Of a DNA stretch of 64,000 nt, positions 41,577-52,521 are shown in pieces; the first letter of the stretch is position 1, and every line of letters starts with the position of its first letter. The stretch comes from an uncultured Chloroflexia bacterium (GTDB lineage: Bacteria > Chloroflexota > Dehalococcoidia > DSTF01 > JALHUB01), in NCBI GenBank assembly GCA_963703345.1, contig OY969814.1:448001-512000 (forward strand), written 5' to 3'. The notes beneath the pieces are model-generated. The model made no database searches, was not told where the DNA came from, and saw only the letters and a program-made list of their open reading frames with translations. The translations under genes and the position numbers were made by a program.

Positions 41577-42629
41577 GTGGACGACCTCTTCCATTCTCGC
41601 GTCCGGCCGTTCTCCGTCGGCTGTCCCATGACCGCGGCGCAGCTTCTCGACGCTATGGGCGGCACGGCCTTCCAGGCGCGCAACCTGGCGGACGCCGCGC
41701 GCATCTGGTCGCGCATGCTCGAGGACGACGTCGTCATCATGTTCGGGCTGGCCGGCGCGATGGTGCCGGGAGGAATGCGGAAGCTCGTCGCCTATCTGAT
41801 CGAGAACCGGCTGATCGACGTCCTAGTGAGCACGGGCGCCAACCTGTTTCACGACGTCTACGAGACGCTGGGCAAGCCGCACTATCAGGGAAGCGCCGAG
41901 TGCGACGACCACGAGCTCGGCCGCCGCCGCATCAATCGCTTCTACGACGTGCTGGCCCCTGAGGCCGATTTCTCCGCCGCCGAAGAGTTCATCACCCAGT
42001 TCTCGTTCACCCTTGATGGCTCGCGCCCCTACAGCACCCGCGAGTACTTCCAGCTTCTCGGCGAGGCGCTCCTGCCGGTGGCGCAGGAGGAAGGCATCCT
42101 TACCGCCGCTGCCCGTCGCGGCCTGCCGGTCTATTCGCCCGCCCTCGGCGACAGCGTCCACGGCCTGGCGATAGCCGTTGGACGCGTGCGCAGCGCCCGT
42201 TCCGGCCAAACGCGCCCGCCCGTCCTCTTCGATATCATCGGCGACGTGCTGGAGACTGCGCACATCGCCGCCACCGCGCCGGCGACCGGCGTTATCTACG
42301 TCGGCGGGGGCACGCCGAAGAACTTCATCCAGCAGGCGGAGGTCGGCGGCTACATCTTCCGGCGGGAGCTTCCCGGCCACAAGTACGCCATTCAGGTGAC
42401 GATGGACCAGCCGCAGTGGGGCGGCCTGTCCGGCTGCACGTTCGAAGAGGCGCAGTCCTGGCGCAAGATCGCATCCGATGCGACGATGGTGACCGTGAAC
42501 GTGGAGGCGACCGTCGCGCTGCCGCTCATCGTCAGCGCCCTGGTCGAGAGCAGCGCCGCGATCATCGAGAAGCGCCGCCCGCCGGCGATCAGCTTCGACG
42601 GCATGCTCGGCGCCTGGCGCGAAGGGTGA
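41577..42629 (+). CDS. Deoxyhypusine synthase-like protein (SpeY-like)
   Basis: GLAGAM, STGAN, GGGTPKNF, GGLSG and EAQSWRK (catalytic Lys). Confidence 0.92.
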   Translation: MDDLFHSRVRPFSVGCPMTAAQLLDAMGGTAFQARNLADAARIWSRMLEDDVVIMFGLAGAMVPGGMRKLVAYLIENRLIDVLVSTGANLFHDVYETLGKPHYQGSAECDDHELGRRRINRFYDVLAPEADFSAAEEFITQFSFTLDGSRPYSTREYFQLLGEALLPVAQEEGILTAAARRGLPVYSPALGDSVHGLAIAVGRVRSARSGQTRPPVLFDIIGDVLETAHIAATAPATGVIYVGGGTPKNFIQQAEVGGYIFRRELPGHKYAIQVTMDQPQWGGLSGCTFEEAQSWRKIASDATMVTVNVEATVALPLIVSALVESSAAIIEKRRPPAISFDGMLGAWREG

Positions 42630-42637
42630 GCGCGACG

Positions 42638-43519
42638 ATGCGGAAGGAGTTATTCTACCCGCCGTTCGGCTTCCTCGCGCCCGAGCCCGACTTCACTGCT
42701 TTCGAGACCGCCCGCGTCGCCGTCCTGCCCGTGCCCTATGACGCCACAACGACGGCCCGCGCCGGCGCCCGCAACGGTCCAGCCGCCATCATCCATGCCT
42801 CGCAGGACCTGGAGCCGTACGACTTGACCATGGGCTTCGATACCACACGTCACGGCATTCACACCCTGCCGGAGCTGGCGCCTCACAGCGGCAGCCCGGA
42901 CGCGATGGTCGCCAGAGTCGAAGCGGCTGTGAGCGACCTCCTGGCGGCCGGCAAGTTCGTCGTGACGCTCGGCGGCGAGCATACCGTCGCGGTGGGCGCC
43001 GTGCGCGCTCACGCCCGTCGCTATCCCGACCTCTCGGTGCTCGCCATCGACGCTCATGCTGACTTGCGCGACACGTACCTGGACTCGTCGTACAACCACG
43101 CCTGCGTATTGCGGCGTGTCGTCGAGACCTGTCCCGTCGTTATGGTGGGCATGCGGAGCGTTAGCGCCGACCAGGTCGAGTTCATCCGCGAGCGCGGCTT
43201 GACGTTCCTCACCCCCGCGGCCTATCGTGCCCTCCCCGACGGGCCCGGCGAAGTCGCCCGGCATCTGTCACCGAACGTTTATGTCGACATCGACCTCGAC
43301 GGCATCGACCCGGCGCAGATGGCGGCGGTGGGCACGCCGGAGCCGGGCGGCCTCTTCTGGGATGAAGTGATCGCGCTCCTGACGGGGCTGGCCGTGACGA
43401 AGAGGATCGTCGGCTGCGACCTGACGGAGCTGGCGCCCGACCTGGGTCCGCCGGCCTGCGCGACGCTGGCCGCGAGGCTCGCGCAGCGGCTCATCGGCCT
43501 GGCGTTGGGGCCGCCTTAG
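42638..43519 (+). CDS. speB: Agmatinase/ureohydrolase
   Basis: GGEHT, DAHAD, DIDLDGIDP and GTPEPGG motifs. Confidence 0.9.
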   Translation: MRKELFYPPFGFLAPEPDFTAFETARVAVLPVPYDATTTARAGARNGPAAIIHASQDLEPYDLTMGFDTTRHGIHTLPELAPHSGSPDAMVARVEAAVSDLLAAGKFVVTLGGEHTVAVGAVRAHARRYPDLSVLAIDAHADLRDTYLDSSYNHACVLRRVVETCPVVMVGMRSVSADQVEFIRERGLTFLTPAAYRALPDGPGEVARHLSPNVYVDIDLDGIDPAQMAAVGTPEPGGLFWDEVIALLTGLAVTKRIVGCDLTELAPDLGPPACATLAARLAQRLIGLALGPP

Positions 43520-44001
43520 CTTACGGCGCCCTTCGCTTCTTCCTTCATTGCCCGCAACTGCTCCAGGTGGCCTTCGGTGTGGGCGATCATGAGCTCCATG
43601 CCTGTCCGAATCGTACGCGGGCCGTGCTCTGGATGGATTCCGGCGCGCTCCCAGTCGCTCGGCGCCAGCGACGACAGTTGCCCCGCGATCTCCTGTCGAT
43701 TACGCTTGAAATCGGCGAGGACGGCGGCGAGATCGGCGTCCTGGTAGGCGCGCTCGCGGACGAGCTCTTCCTGCTCGTAGGTCGGCAACGTGGGGTTGTC
43801 CTGGGTCAGCATCAGCGCGAGCCGCCGCCGCCACATTTCCGAGTCGTCGCAGAGGTGGCCGCAGACCTCCTTAATCGACCACTCGTCCTCGGCCGGCCGC
43901 CGCCGCAGCTCTTGCTCCGACAGTCCGGCTACAACCGCGGCCACGCGATCGGGCAGCGTCCTGACCTTCTCGACGATCTCCTCGTTCTCCGACGTCATCA
44001 T
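43516..44001 (-). CDS. DinB/YfiT-family protein
   Basis: WSIKEVCGHL, GIHP and HTEGHLEQL motifs. Confidence 0.88.
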   Translation of the reverse strand: MMTSENEEIVEKVRTLPDRVAAVVAGLSEQELRRRPAEDEWSIKEVCGHLCDDSEMWRRRLALMLTQDNPTLPTYEQEELVRERAYQDADLAAVLADFKRNRQEIAGQLSSLAPSDWERAGIHPEHGPRTIRTGMELMIAHTEGHLEQLRAMKEEAKGAVS

Positions 44002-44012
44002 TTCGCCTCCAA

Positions 44013-44873
44013 CTATCTTTCCAGCGCGCCGAGACGTTCCAGCAGGCCGTCCAACTCCTCGTCGCTGTAGAAGTGAATCGTGATTCGACCGCCGCGCCGT
44101 CCCTTGACTAGGCTGACGCGCGTCCCCAACGAGGCCCGGAGCCGCTCTTCCAGGGCCTCCATTTCGACGTTGTGGGGCCTTTCCCGTCGCGCCGCCTTTT
44201 CGCCGCCGACCGGCCAGGTGCGCACCATCTCTTCCGTCTGCCGCACCGACAGCCCCTTCTGCACCACCCGCTCCCAGGCCTGCCGCCGGCACTCCTCGGG
44301 CAGGCTGAGAATGGCGCGGGCGTGGCCCTCGCTAATCTCGTCGCGCGCCAGGCTTGCCCGCAGTTCTTCGCTGAGATTCAGTAGACGCAATGCGTTCGCC
44401 ACCGCCGAGCGGCTGCGGCCGACCCGCGTCGATACCTCCGTCTGGGTCAGGCCGAACTCCTCCAGCAGCCGCCGATAGGCCTGCGCCTCCTCCAGCGCGT
44501 TCAGGTCCTGGCGCATCAGGTTCTCGACCAGCGCCAGCTCCAGCCCCTGCCGCGGCGTCGTTTCCTTGATGACGACCGGCACCTGCGTCAGTCCGGCCAG
44601 CTTCGCCGCCTCGAGTCGGCGCGCGCCCGCGATGACCTGGTACGTCGGCGCCCCGGAATCGCTGTCCATTCGGCTAACGAGCAGCGGCTGAAGGACGCCG
44701 TGCTGCCGAACGCTTTCCGCCAGGTCCTGCAGCGTCGCCTCGTTCATCTCGAAGCGCGGCTGGAAAGGATTAGAGACGATAAGATCGATGTCTACGGACT
44801 CCGGCGGCGCCGACGCTATGTCGGGAATGAGCGCACCGAGCCCTCTGCCGAGTCCTGTCTTTGCCCTTGCCAT
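44013..44873 (-). CDS. parB: Chromosome partitioning protein ParB/Spo0J
   Basis: GLGRGLGAL, NPFQPR, IAGARR, ALVENL and RSAVANALR motifs. Confidence 0.95.
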   Translation of the reverse strand: MARAKTGLGRGLGALIPDIASAPPESVDIDLIVSNPFQPRFEMNEATLQDLAESVRQHGVLQPLLVSRMDSDSGAPTYQVIAGARRLEAAKLAGLTQVPVVIKETTPRQGLELALVENLMRQDLNALEEAQAYRRLLEEFGLTQTEVSTRVGRSRSAVANALRLLNLSEELRASLARDEISEGHARAILSLPEECRRQAWERVVQKGLSVRQTEEMVRTWPVGGEKAARRERPHNVEMEALEERLRASLGTRVSLVKGRRGGRITIHFYSDEELDGLLERLGALER

Positions 44874-44885
44874 CGGCCTTTCTCC

Positions 44886-45649
<764 letters not shown>

Positions 45650-45653
<4 letters not shown>

Positions 45654-46501
45654 GCCAGAACGATCTCCTTGTGCTCCGCCAGCACCCGCTCCACGTCTGC
45701 CCGCGTCGGCGCTTTTGTCGTGCCGACGCCCTCGACACTGAGGCCGGCGGCGGCGTCCGCGAACCTGGCTGCGGCCGCGACATCGCGCGTTTCGTCGAAC
45801 GCGGCCATGAACGCGGCAGCGAAGACGTCGCCGGCGCCCGTAGGATCGACTTCCACGTGCGGGAAAGCGGCGATTCGACGCTGCTTCCGTTCCGTCCACA
45901 CCGTCGCGCCGCCTCTGCCGTTGGTCACGACGACTATATCCGCTTCCCGCTGCCAGCGAGCAAGTGCGTTCGCATCGTCTTGCATGTCCTCTTCCGAGAC
46001 GAAGGCAACATTGGCCCCACTTAGCGAAGCTTCTTGCGGCCACGGCCGCCGGCGGACTAGGCCGTCGCCGCTGGCGTCCCGGAGCCAGCCCTGGAGGCAG
46101 CAGCCGACGAGACTGCCGGAGAACAGAGCGGCCATGGCAGGCATCACTTCGCTCAGCAGCGGCCCCAGCAAGACGATTCTAGCGCTGTGGAGCGCTTGTG
46201 GCACGTCCTCGGTGCTGATCGCCGGCGCCTGCGACCATACGCGCTGGACGCGTCGCCCTTCCTGGTAGCGATTCTCGAAGGTTGTCGTCGTTTCCGAAGG
46301 GATACAGTGGATTCGAATGTGGGGAAGAAGGCGGGCGAGGTCGACGTCGGCGGAAGCACACGTGACGATAGCTGCGTTCAGCCCAAGGCGGGAGGCCTGC
46401 GTGGCAGCATAAGCGACCGTGCCGCCGAGGCGCCAGCCGTTCGCGTCCACGTCCTTCGCCACGTGGCCGACAACGAGGAAGTCAGGGATGCTCATTGGCA
46501 T
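45650..46501 (-). CDS. PfkB-family carbohydrate kinase
   Basis: LGGTVAY and DPTGAGDVF motifs. Confidence 0.88.
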
Positions 46502-46528
46502 GGCCGGAGGGTATGCAAATGAAAGGGG

Positions 46529-47245
46529 CTAGCGGCTGGGGCGAATGATAACCTTACGATTCTCGCCCTCGCCGATACTCTCCGTTATTACCGTCTCGTC
46601 CTGCGCCAGCGCCAGGTGGACGATTCGCCGTTCGTTCGGCGGCATCGGCTCCAGCGTCATCACCTGGTGCGTCGCCCGGACGCGCTCCGCCATGTGCTCC
46701 GCCAGGCTCTTCAGCGACTGCTCTCGCCGTCGCCGGTAGCCCGCGACGTCGACGCCGAACGACGCTTTCGCCTTCAGCTTGCGCCCGACGATCAGGTTGA
46801 CGAGGTATTGAAGCGAACCAAGCGTGTCGCCGCGACGGCCGATGAGGATGCCCAGGTCGTCGCCGCTGATGTCCAGCACTGTCTTGACGACGGCGGCGCC
46901 GTCGCCGAGCGTCTCCGGCTGGCGTACCCGCACCGTGGCGTCGACGTTCATGAGTTCGAGGAGCTGCTCCAACACCTCGACGGCCAGCGCGATATCGTCT
47001 TCGGTCTCTTCCAGCCGCGGCCGCTCGTCGACAGGCGCTGCCTCCGACTTCGTCCGCACGACAACGCGCGCGTCTTCGCCGCCGATGCCCAGGATGCCGG
47101 TGCGTCCTTCCTTGACCACCTCCACCTCCACCTGCGTCCGCGCCAGACCGAGCTCTGCCAGTGCCTTCTCTATCGCCTCTTCGACAGTCTTACCGCTTGC
47201 GTCTACGCTTTCCACGACGGGACCTCTTCCTGTAACGGCGTTCAT
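46529..47245 (-). CDS. jag: Jag/KhpB (EloR) RNA-binding protein; start uncertain
   Basis: GKTVEEAI (Jag_N), KH domain LIGRRGDTL and R3H ERRIVH. Confidence 0.92.
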   Translation of the reverse strand: MNAVTGRGPVVESVDASGKTVEEAIEKALAELGLARTQVEVEVVKEGRTGILGIGGEDARVVVRTKSEAAPVDERPRLEETEDDIALAVEVLEQLLELMNVDATVRVRQPETLGDGAAVVKTVLDISGDDLGILIGRRGDTLGSLQYLVNLIVGRKLKAKASFGVDVAGYRRRREQSLKSLAEHMAERVRATHQVMTLEPMPPNERRIVHLALAQDETVITESIGEGENRKVIIRPSR

Positions 47246-48086
47246 CCCCGACCGCTTCCGCCGCTTCATCCTCTTCGTCCGCCTCATGTTCCTCTACCGC
47301 TTCCGGCGCCGGCGCCGGCGATCTCGTGGCAGCCGTCTTTGCCGGGACCGGCTGGAGCGTGAACAGAGTCTTCCACGTCAGTCCGCCCGAACCGACGTAA
47401 ATGTACTGAAGGACGATGCTGACGACGCTCGACAGGACCCAGTATAGGGCAAGGCCGCTGGGGAATGAAATCGCGAAGTAGGTGAACATCAGCGGCATCA
47501 TCCACAGCATCGTGCTGTTCATCGACGCCGACTTCTCGTCGAGCGCCGGCGGCGAGGTCATCTTCTGCTGCACGAACATGCTCGCGCCGACCATCAGCGC
47601 CAGGGGCAAGTTCGGCGCGCCCAGGCTCAGGCCGAGGAAGTGGTCGCTCAGCGGCACTGCTTTTTGGATGAAAGACCAGGGATAGAGGTGGTGCGAAAGG
47701 TTGATCGTGCTCTCCGGGACGTCGCCCACAGTCAGACGGATCACCTGGTAAAGCGCGATCCAGATCGGGATCTGGGCGACCATCGGCAGCAGGCAGCCGA
47801 GAGGATTGACGCCCGCTTCCCGGTAGATCTTCATCGTCTCTTCGGAGCGACGCTTGGGGTCTTTGTACTTCTTCTGTATCTCCGCCAGCCGTCCCTGCAT
47901 CGCCGAGAGCGCCCGCGACGAGCGAAGCTGGCGCAACGTCAGCGGGAACGTTATGCCGCGCATGAACACCGTGAGGACGATGATGGCGAGGCCGAAGCTG
48001 CCGAAGAAGACGTTGTTCAACAACACGAGGGCGTTCGCCATCGGATTGACGAGCACCGCGTTCCAGATGAAACTGATGATTTCCAC
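47190..48086 (-). CDS. yidC: YidC/Oxa1 membrane insertase (short form)
   Basis: FGLAIIVLT, NPLGCLL and PSGLALYW motifs. Confidence 0.95.
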   Translation of the reverse strand: MEIISFIWNAVLVNPMANALVLLNNVFFGSFGLAIIVLTVFMRGITFPLTLRQLRSSRALSAMQGRLAEIQKKYKDPKRRSEETMKIYREAGVNPLGCLLPMVAQIPIWIALYQVIRLTVGDVPESTINLSHHLYPWSFIQKAVPLSDHFLGLSLGAPNLPLALMVGASMFVQQKMTSPPALDEKSASMNSTMLWMMPLMFTYFAISFPSGLALYWVLSSVVSIVLQYIYVGSGGLTWKTLFTLQPVPAKTAATRSPAPAPEAVEEHEADEEDEAAEAVGDERRYRKRSRRGKRRRKR

Positions 48087-48104
48087 GACTCTATTGACCT
48101 GCTC

Positions 48105-49175
48105 TTACTTCGAGACCGGCACGTCGCTTATCGTCCCGGCTGTCGGGTCGACCTTCTGCACGTTGCCGTTCTTTGTGCTGTAGTACACCGCGCCGTTGTC
48201 GACGACGAGGTCCGAGAGGACGCCGGCACTGGCCTGCGAGAACCACGCCTGGCTACCGCTCGCCGCGTCAAGCCCGTAGACGGATCCGTTGTCGGTGGCG
48301 ACGACGAGCGTCGAGCCGACCAACGCCGGGCCGCCGCGTACGACGCCGCTGCCCTGGAACGGCTTGTCCCAGCGCGATTGTCCCGTCGCGGCGTCCAGGC
48401 TGTACACTTTGCCGCCGAGGGAGCCGAAAAAGACCGCGCCGCCGCTCACCACCGCGCGGTTCCAGATCCAGTCGTCCGCGGTGAACGACCACCGCGCTTC
48501 GCCGCTGGAAGCGTCGACGGCGTAGAACTTGTCGTCGAAGGCGCCCACGTAGACCGTGCCGCTGTCCACCACCGGCGTCGAGGCGAGGGCGCCGCCCGTC
48601 TGGAACGGCTTCGGCCAGACCGGCGTGCCGCTGGTAGCGCCGATGGCGTACAGCTTCTTGTCCATGGAAGCTACGTAGACCGTGCTGCCGTTGAACGTCG
48701 GCGTGGACCAGATCTTGGCGCCGGTGCAGAACGGGCTGAAGCGCTGGTCTCCGGTGGCGACGGCGAATGCATGGAGGCACTGGTCGGCTGAACCGACGTA
48801 GACGGTGTCGTCGCTCGTCACCGGCCCGCCGACGATGTGACCTCCCGCAGGCTGCGACCACTTCTGGCTGCCGTCGGCCAAGTTCAACGCGTAGAGATTG
48901 CCGTTGTAGCCGCCGAGCAGCGCCAGTCCCTGTGATATCGCGGGCGTGCCGTAGATCGCCTTCAGCGCCACGTTGGAGTTGCTCCCGGGAAATGTCCAGT
49001 TTCTGGTCCCGCTGCTAAGGTCGGCGGAGGCCAGCGTCTGATGGTTGGGTTCCGCAAGGAGGGTGCCGTCGCTGATGAGCGGGCTCGCCCAGCCCTGGGG
49101 GTTAGTTATACGGGAACAGGCCGCCAAAACGAGGACGAGGGGCAGGAAGAGAAGGCCCAGCATCAGGGCCCTCAC
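48105..49175 (-). CDS. PQQ-like (BamB-like) beta-propeller lipoprotein
   Basis: Lipobox LAAC and about 8 repeats of VYxGSxDxxxYAxDAxxG..W. Confidence 0.85.
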   Translation of the reverse strand: MRALMLGLLFLPLVLVLAACSRITNPQGWASPLISDGTLLAEPNHQTLASADLSSGTRNWTFPGSNSNVALKAIYGTPAISQGLALLGGYNGNLYALNLADGSQKWSQPAGGHIVGGPVTSDDTVYVGSADQCLHAFAVATGDQRFSPFCTGAKIWSTPTFNGSTVYVASMDKKLYAIGATSGTPVWPKPFQTGGALASTPVVDSGTVYVGAFDDKFYAVDASSGEARWSFTADDWIWNRAVVSGGAVFFGSLGGKVYSLDAATGQSRWDKPFQGSGVVRGGPALVGSTLVVATDNGSVYGLDAASGSQAWFSQASAGVLSDLVVDNGAVYYSTKNGNVQKVDPTAGTISDVPVSK

Positions 49176-49194
49176 GCTACGCGATGTCTGAATC

Positions 49195-49467
49195 TCACTC
49201 CTCCGGTAAGTCCCGCAAAGCGGGACGTTGTTTCACGTGAAACAGTGCTTGCTCCGGCACCGGGTCGTAGCCGCCCTTCTGGAAGGGATGGCAGCGGCCC
49301 AGGCGACGAACGGTCAGCCAACTGCCCTTCAGCAGGCCGTGGCGGGCTATCGCCTCGTAGCCGTATTCCGAGCACGTCGGCAGGAAGCGACAGGACGGCG
49401 GCCGGTACGGCGAAAACGACCGCTGATAGAATCTAATTACGCTAAGCGCCAGTTTCTTCACTTTCAA
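49195..49467 (-). CDS. yidD: Membrane protein insertion efficiency factor YidD
   Basis: [10 protein letters not shown] and [14 protein letters not shown]. Confidence 0.93.
   Translation of the reverse strand: MKVKKLALSVIRFYQRSFSPYRPPSCRFLPTCSEYGYEAIARHGLLKGSWLTVRRLGRCHPFQKGGYDPVPEQALFHVKQRPALRDLPEE
49229..49244. other. parS centromere-like site
   Basis: Perfect TGTTTCACGTGAAACA palindrome near parAB. Confidence 0.93.
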
Positions 49468-49828
49468 TGGACCCTTTTCGCACCTCGTTCAGCGTCGACT
49501 TGGGCGCGATGCCCGCCCGCTCCAGCAGCGACGCCAGCGACAGCCGTAGCTCCCAGTACGTCGCTTCCGCCGCCGATCTGCGAGCAATCACCACGATGTC
49601 CCACCCATTCGCCAGAGAAAGCGAGCGCACCGCCTCACGCAGGCGGCGTCGCACCCTGTTTCGTACTACCGCCTTGCCGACGGCGCGCGCCGTTACGAAG
49701 CCATAGCGATTGTGGGGCAGACCGTTGGCCCGCGGCCGTATCGCCAGCAGCCTGTTAGAGAAGGATCGCCCTTCTCGATAGGCGGCGGCGAAATCGCTGC
49801 TCTTCCTGAGACGCTGTTCCCTTCGCAT
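49442..49828 (-). CDS. rnpA: RNase P protein component
   Basis: RLRKSSDF and [15 protein letters not shown] motifs. Confidence 0.95.
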   Translation of the reverse strand: MRREQRLRKSSDFAAAYREGRSFSNRLLAIRPRANGLPHNRYGFVTARAVGKAVVRNRVRRRLREAVRSLSLANGWDIVVIARRSAAEATYWELRLSLASLLERAGIAPKSTLNEVRKGSIESEETGA

Positions 49829-49857
49829 CTGGCCCCGGCCAAGGCCCGGGCCGCGCT

Positions 49858-49995
49858 CTAGACCGTCAGCCGGTAGCGGCCCTTCGAGCGGCGTGCGCGC
49901 AGCACGAGGCGTCCGCCGCGGGTGCTCATACGGGCGAGAAATCCGTGGACTCGTTTCCGCGGAATACGTTTCGGCTGGTAGGTGCGTTTAGGCAC
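49858..49995 (-). CDS. rpmH: 50S ribosomal protein L34 (absent from the ORF track)
   Basis: Hand translation: [45 protein letters not shown]. Confidence 0.96.
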   Translation of the reverse strand: MPKRTYQPKRIPRKRVHGFLARMSTRGGRLVLRARRSKGRYRLTV

Positions 49996-50027
49996 TTCAC
50001 TTCCTTCCGGTTGTGTTTCCGAACACA

Positions 50028-50056
50028 ATGATAGATTAGCGGCTTGGGGGTGTCAA
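50028..50056 (-). promoter_or_regulatory. rpmH operon promoter
   Basis: TTGACA-N17-TATCAT. Confidence 0.75.
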
Positions 50057-50085
50057 TCGTCGCGGAGGGATGGCGGGGCAGAGCG

Positions 50086-52347
50086 TCAGCGGGGCAGGGA
50101 AGGCCGCGGCGCGCCTTCGTAGAGATAGCGGTAGACGGCCAGGTTCTGCATGACGAGGCGCACGTACAAATTCGCCTCGCCGACGTCCACCTGCTCGAGG
50201 AAGAGGTCGACGTCGCCGGCGGCGGCATCGGCCCATCCCTGCGCCGTGCCCGGGCCGGCGTTGTAGGCGGCAAGGGCGAAGTAGAGGTTGCCTTTGAAGT
50301 CGGCGAGCTGCTGCTGGAGGTAGTAGGCCCCGAAGCGAATGCTCACGACCGGCCGCAGGAGGTCGTCGTTCGTGAAGTCGGTGACTCCCAGTTCGCTCGC
50401 GATCGCGCTGCCCGTCGAGGGGATGACCTGCGTGAGGCCGGTCGCGCCGGCACCGGAGCCGGCCAGCGGGTCGAAAAAGCTCTCCTGACGCATCAGCGCC
50501 AGCATCACGTCCGGTGATACGCTCTCTGCCTTCTGCGCGTCCTGCAGCAGCGACATGTAGTCGCGTGGATAGGCGAGACGCAGCAGTGCCTTCGGCGCGA
50601 CGACCCGTTGTTCCGGCGAAAGCGTCTCCAGAACGAGCTGGGCACTCCGCGACGACATCTCCGTGAGACCCAGCCGGTCATAGGCCTGCGCCAACGCCCA
50701 GAGCATCGATGGGTCGCCGGCGTTCGCCCACATCAGGTCGCGCAGGTCTGCCGCCGCCGAACGGGGGAAGCCTACGGCGGTGAGCTCCTGGGCCTTCGTC
50801 CAGCGCGGGTCGAGCCAGACCTTCCAGAGGGGCACCGGCTGGCCGCCGCTTATCGACGCCAGCCAGGAAGTAGCACCGGTGGCGGCTTCGTTGACGGCGG
50901 GAACGGGCGTGGCCTTTTTGTCAGCGGAGAGCAGTTGCGCCGCCCGAAGGCCGTAGTAGTCGAGGGGATAGTCCCGGACGAGCGTTCCGAGGTGAACTCG
51001 GGCGTTGTCGCCGTCGCCCGCTGCCAGCTCCGCTTTTGCCGCCCAGTAGACGGCGTGCGACGTTGCTTCCGCGTCCGTCATCCCGGAAGCGAAGTCGCGC
51101 CAGGCGGTCGCGGCGTCCTCATAGCGTTGCTGCTCGTAGAGGACCATCCCGCGCCGGAAGGCAGCGTCGTCCGCCCACGTCGACCGCGGGTTCATCGCCA
51201 GGATGGCCGAATAGGCTTCGTCCGCCTCATCCCAGCGCGACTGCTTCTCCAAAATCAGACCGCGCCACCAGAGCGCGTCGTCCGCCAGGTCGCCGGTTGG
51301 GTCCAGTTCGAGCGATTTGGCATACTCGTCCAGCGCGGCGTTGTTATCGCCCAGGCGCTCGTCTAGCGCGGCGATATAGTAGTGCGCCGCGGCCGCCCGC
51401 GGACCGGTCGACTCGGCGGCGAGGAAGCGTTGGAACGATTGCATCGCCACGTCGTTCTCGAAGTGGCGGTAATGGACCAGCGCCTCGACGTAGGGGTCGA
51501 CTGCCACACCGGCCTGCAAGAGCTCGGTCAGGGCATCGGATGCCGCGGCGGTGATTGGATAATCCGCGATAACCTTCTGGAGATCCGTCTGCCAGCCGCC
51601 CTCGCCGAGAAGGTGCTCCAGCGCGCCGGTCCGCTCCAGGGCCAGCGCCTTGTCCGACGACGAGTCGCTCTCCTTGCCCAGCCGCGCGTACCAGTTGAGC
51701 GCCGCGCCCGTCGCGCCCGCCGCTTCCAGCTCCTGCGCCATTGAAAGGAGGATGCCCGGGCGAAGGCTGTCCGGCAGCGCTTTGAGCGCGGCTTCCTCCT
51801 GCCGCTGGGCCTCGTCGAAACGGTTGAGCTTGACCAGCAGGTCCGCCATCTCCGATTCGGCGTTCGGGGCAGCGACGCCCCCCAGGTCGACGTAGCGGGT
51901 GTAGGCTGCAAGCGCTTCCTCTGTGCTGCCGATCCCGGCCAGGGCGCGCGCGAGGAGGAATTCCGACTCGGCGTCCTCGCCGCCGGCGCTCTGGTAGGCC
52001 AGCACCTGGTCCTGCGCCGCCTGGTATTCGTTCGTTGCCAGATAGCGGCGGGCCAGCGCCAGCCTTGCCGTCTGGCGGTCGGCGTCTGTCCCATTCGCCA
52101 GAACGGCCTGGTACGCCGTCACCGCCTCGTCGTACTGGCCGTTGCGTTCGTAGCTTTGGGCGAGACCCAGGTCGGCCGGAGCGGGCGTCGCGGTAGCACC
52201 TGTCGCATCGCCGGCGGCAGGTGTGGAAGCCGTGCTCCCTCCGATGCCGCAGCCTGCGGAGATGAGAGCCGTGGCGGCACACAGGAGGGTCGCGCAGCAC
52301 AGGCAGTAAACAGAGAGGCGATTCTCTGGTATGATGGACTTGCTCAT
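50086..52347 (-). CDS. TPR-repeat soluble lytic transglycosylase (SLT), probable lipoprotein; start uncertain
   Basis: SAGC lipobox-like, TPRs, RQES, GATGLTQV and AAYNAGPG. Confidence 0.88.
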   Translation of the reverse strand: MSKSIIPENRLSVYCLCCATLLCAATALISAGCGIGGSTASTPAAGDATGATATPAPADLGLAQSYERNGQYDEAVTAYQAVLANGTDADRQTARLALARRYLATNEYQAAQDQVLAYQSAGGEDAESEFLLARALAGIGSTEEALAAYTRYVDLGGVAAPNAESEMADLLVKLNRFDEAQRQEEAALKALPDSLRPGILLSMAQELEAAGATGAALNWYARLGKESDSSSDKALALERTGALEHLLGEGGWQTDLQKVIADYPITAAASDALTELLQAGVAVDPYVEALVHYRHFENDVAMQSFQRFLAAESTGPRAAAAHYYIAALDERLGDNNAALDEYAKSLELDPTGDLADDALWWRGLILEKQSRWDEADEAYSAILAMNPRSTWADDAAFRRGMVLYEQQRYEDAATAWRDFASGMTDAEATSHAVYWAAKAELAAGDGDNARVHLGTLVRDYPLDYYGLRAAQLLSADKKATPVPAVNEAATGATSWLASISGGQPVPLWKVWLDPRWTKAQELTAVGFPRSAAADLRDLMWANAGDPSMLWALAQAYDRLGLTEMSSRSAQLVLETLSPEQRVVAPKALLRLAYPRDYMSLLQDAQKAESVSPDVMLALMRQESFFDPLAGSGAGATGLTQVIPSTGSAIASELGVTDFTNDDLLRPVVSIRFGAYYLQQQLADFKGNLYFALAAYNAGPGTAQGWADAAAGDVDLFLEQVDVGEANLYVRLVMQNLAVYRYLYEGAPRPSLPR

Positions 52348-52521
52348 CCGGCGGGGCCTTCCCGGGCAGAAGATGCGCCGCTGAGGAACACGCTCATCGA
52401 CGGCTGACCTGTTCAATGGTACTATCCGCCGACGGCGCCGTCAAAGCCGCGAACGCGTTCCGTGACGCCCGGCGGATCCATTGGTTCGATAGGGCTACGA
52501 CCAGGATAGGGAGGTTGAGAG

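Noticed and set aside
49996-50085. oriC next to rpmH
   Set aside because: Too short, with no DnaA boxes or AT-rich unwinding element seen. It holds only the rpmH promoter.
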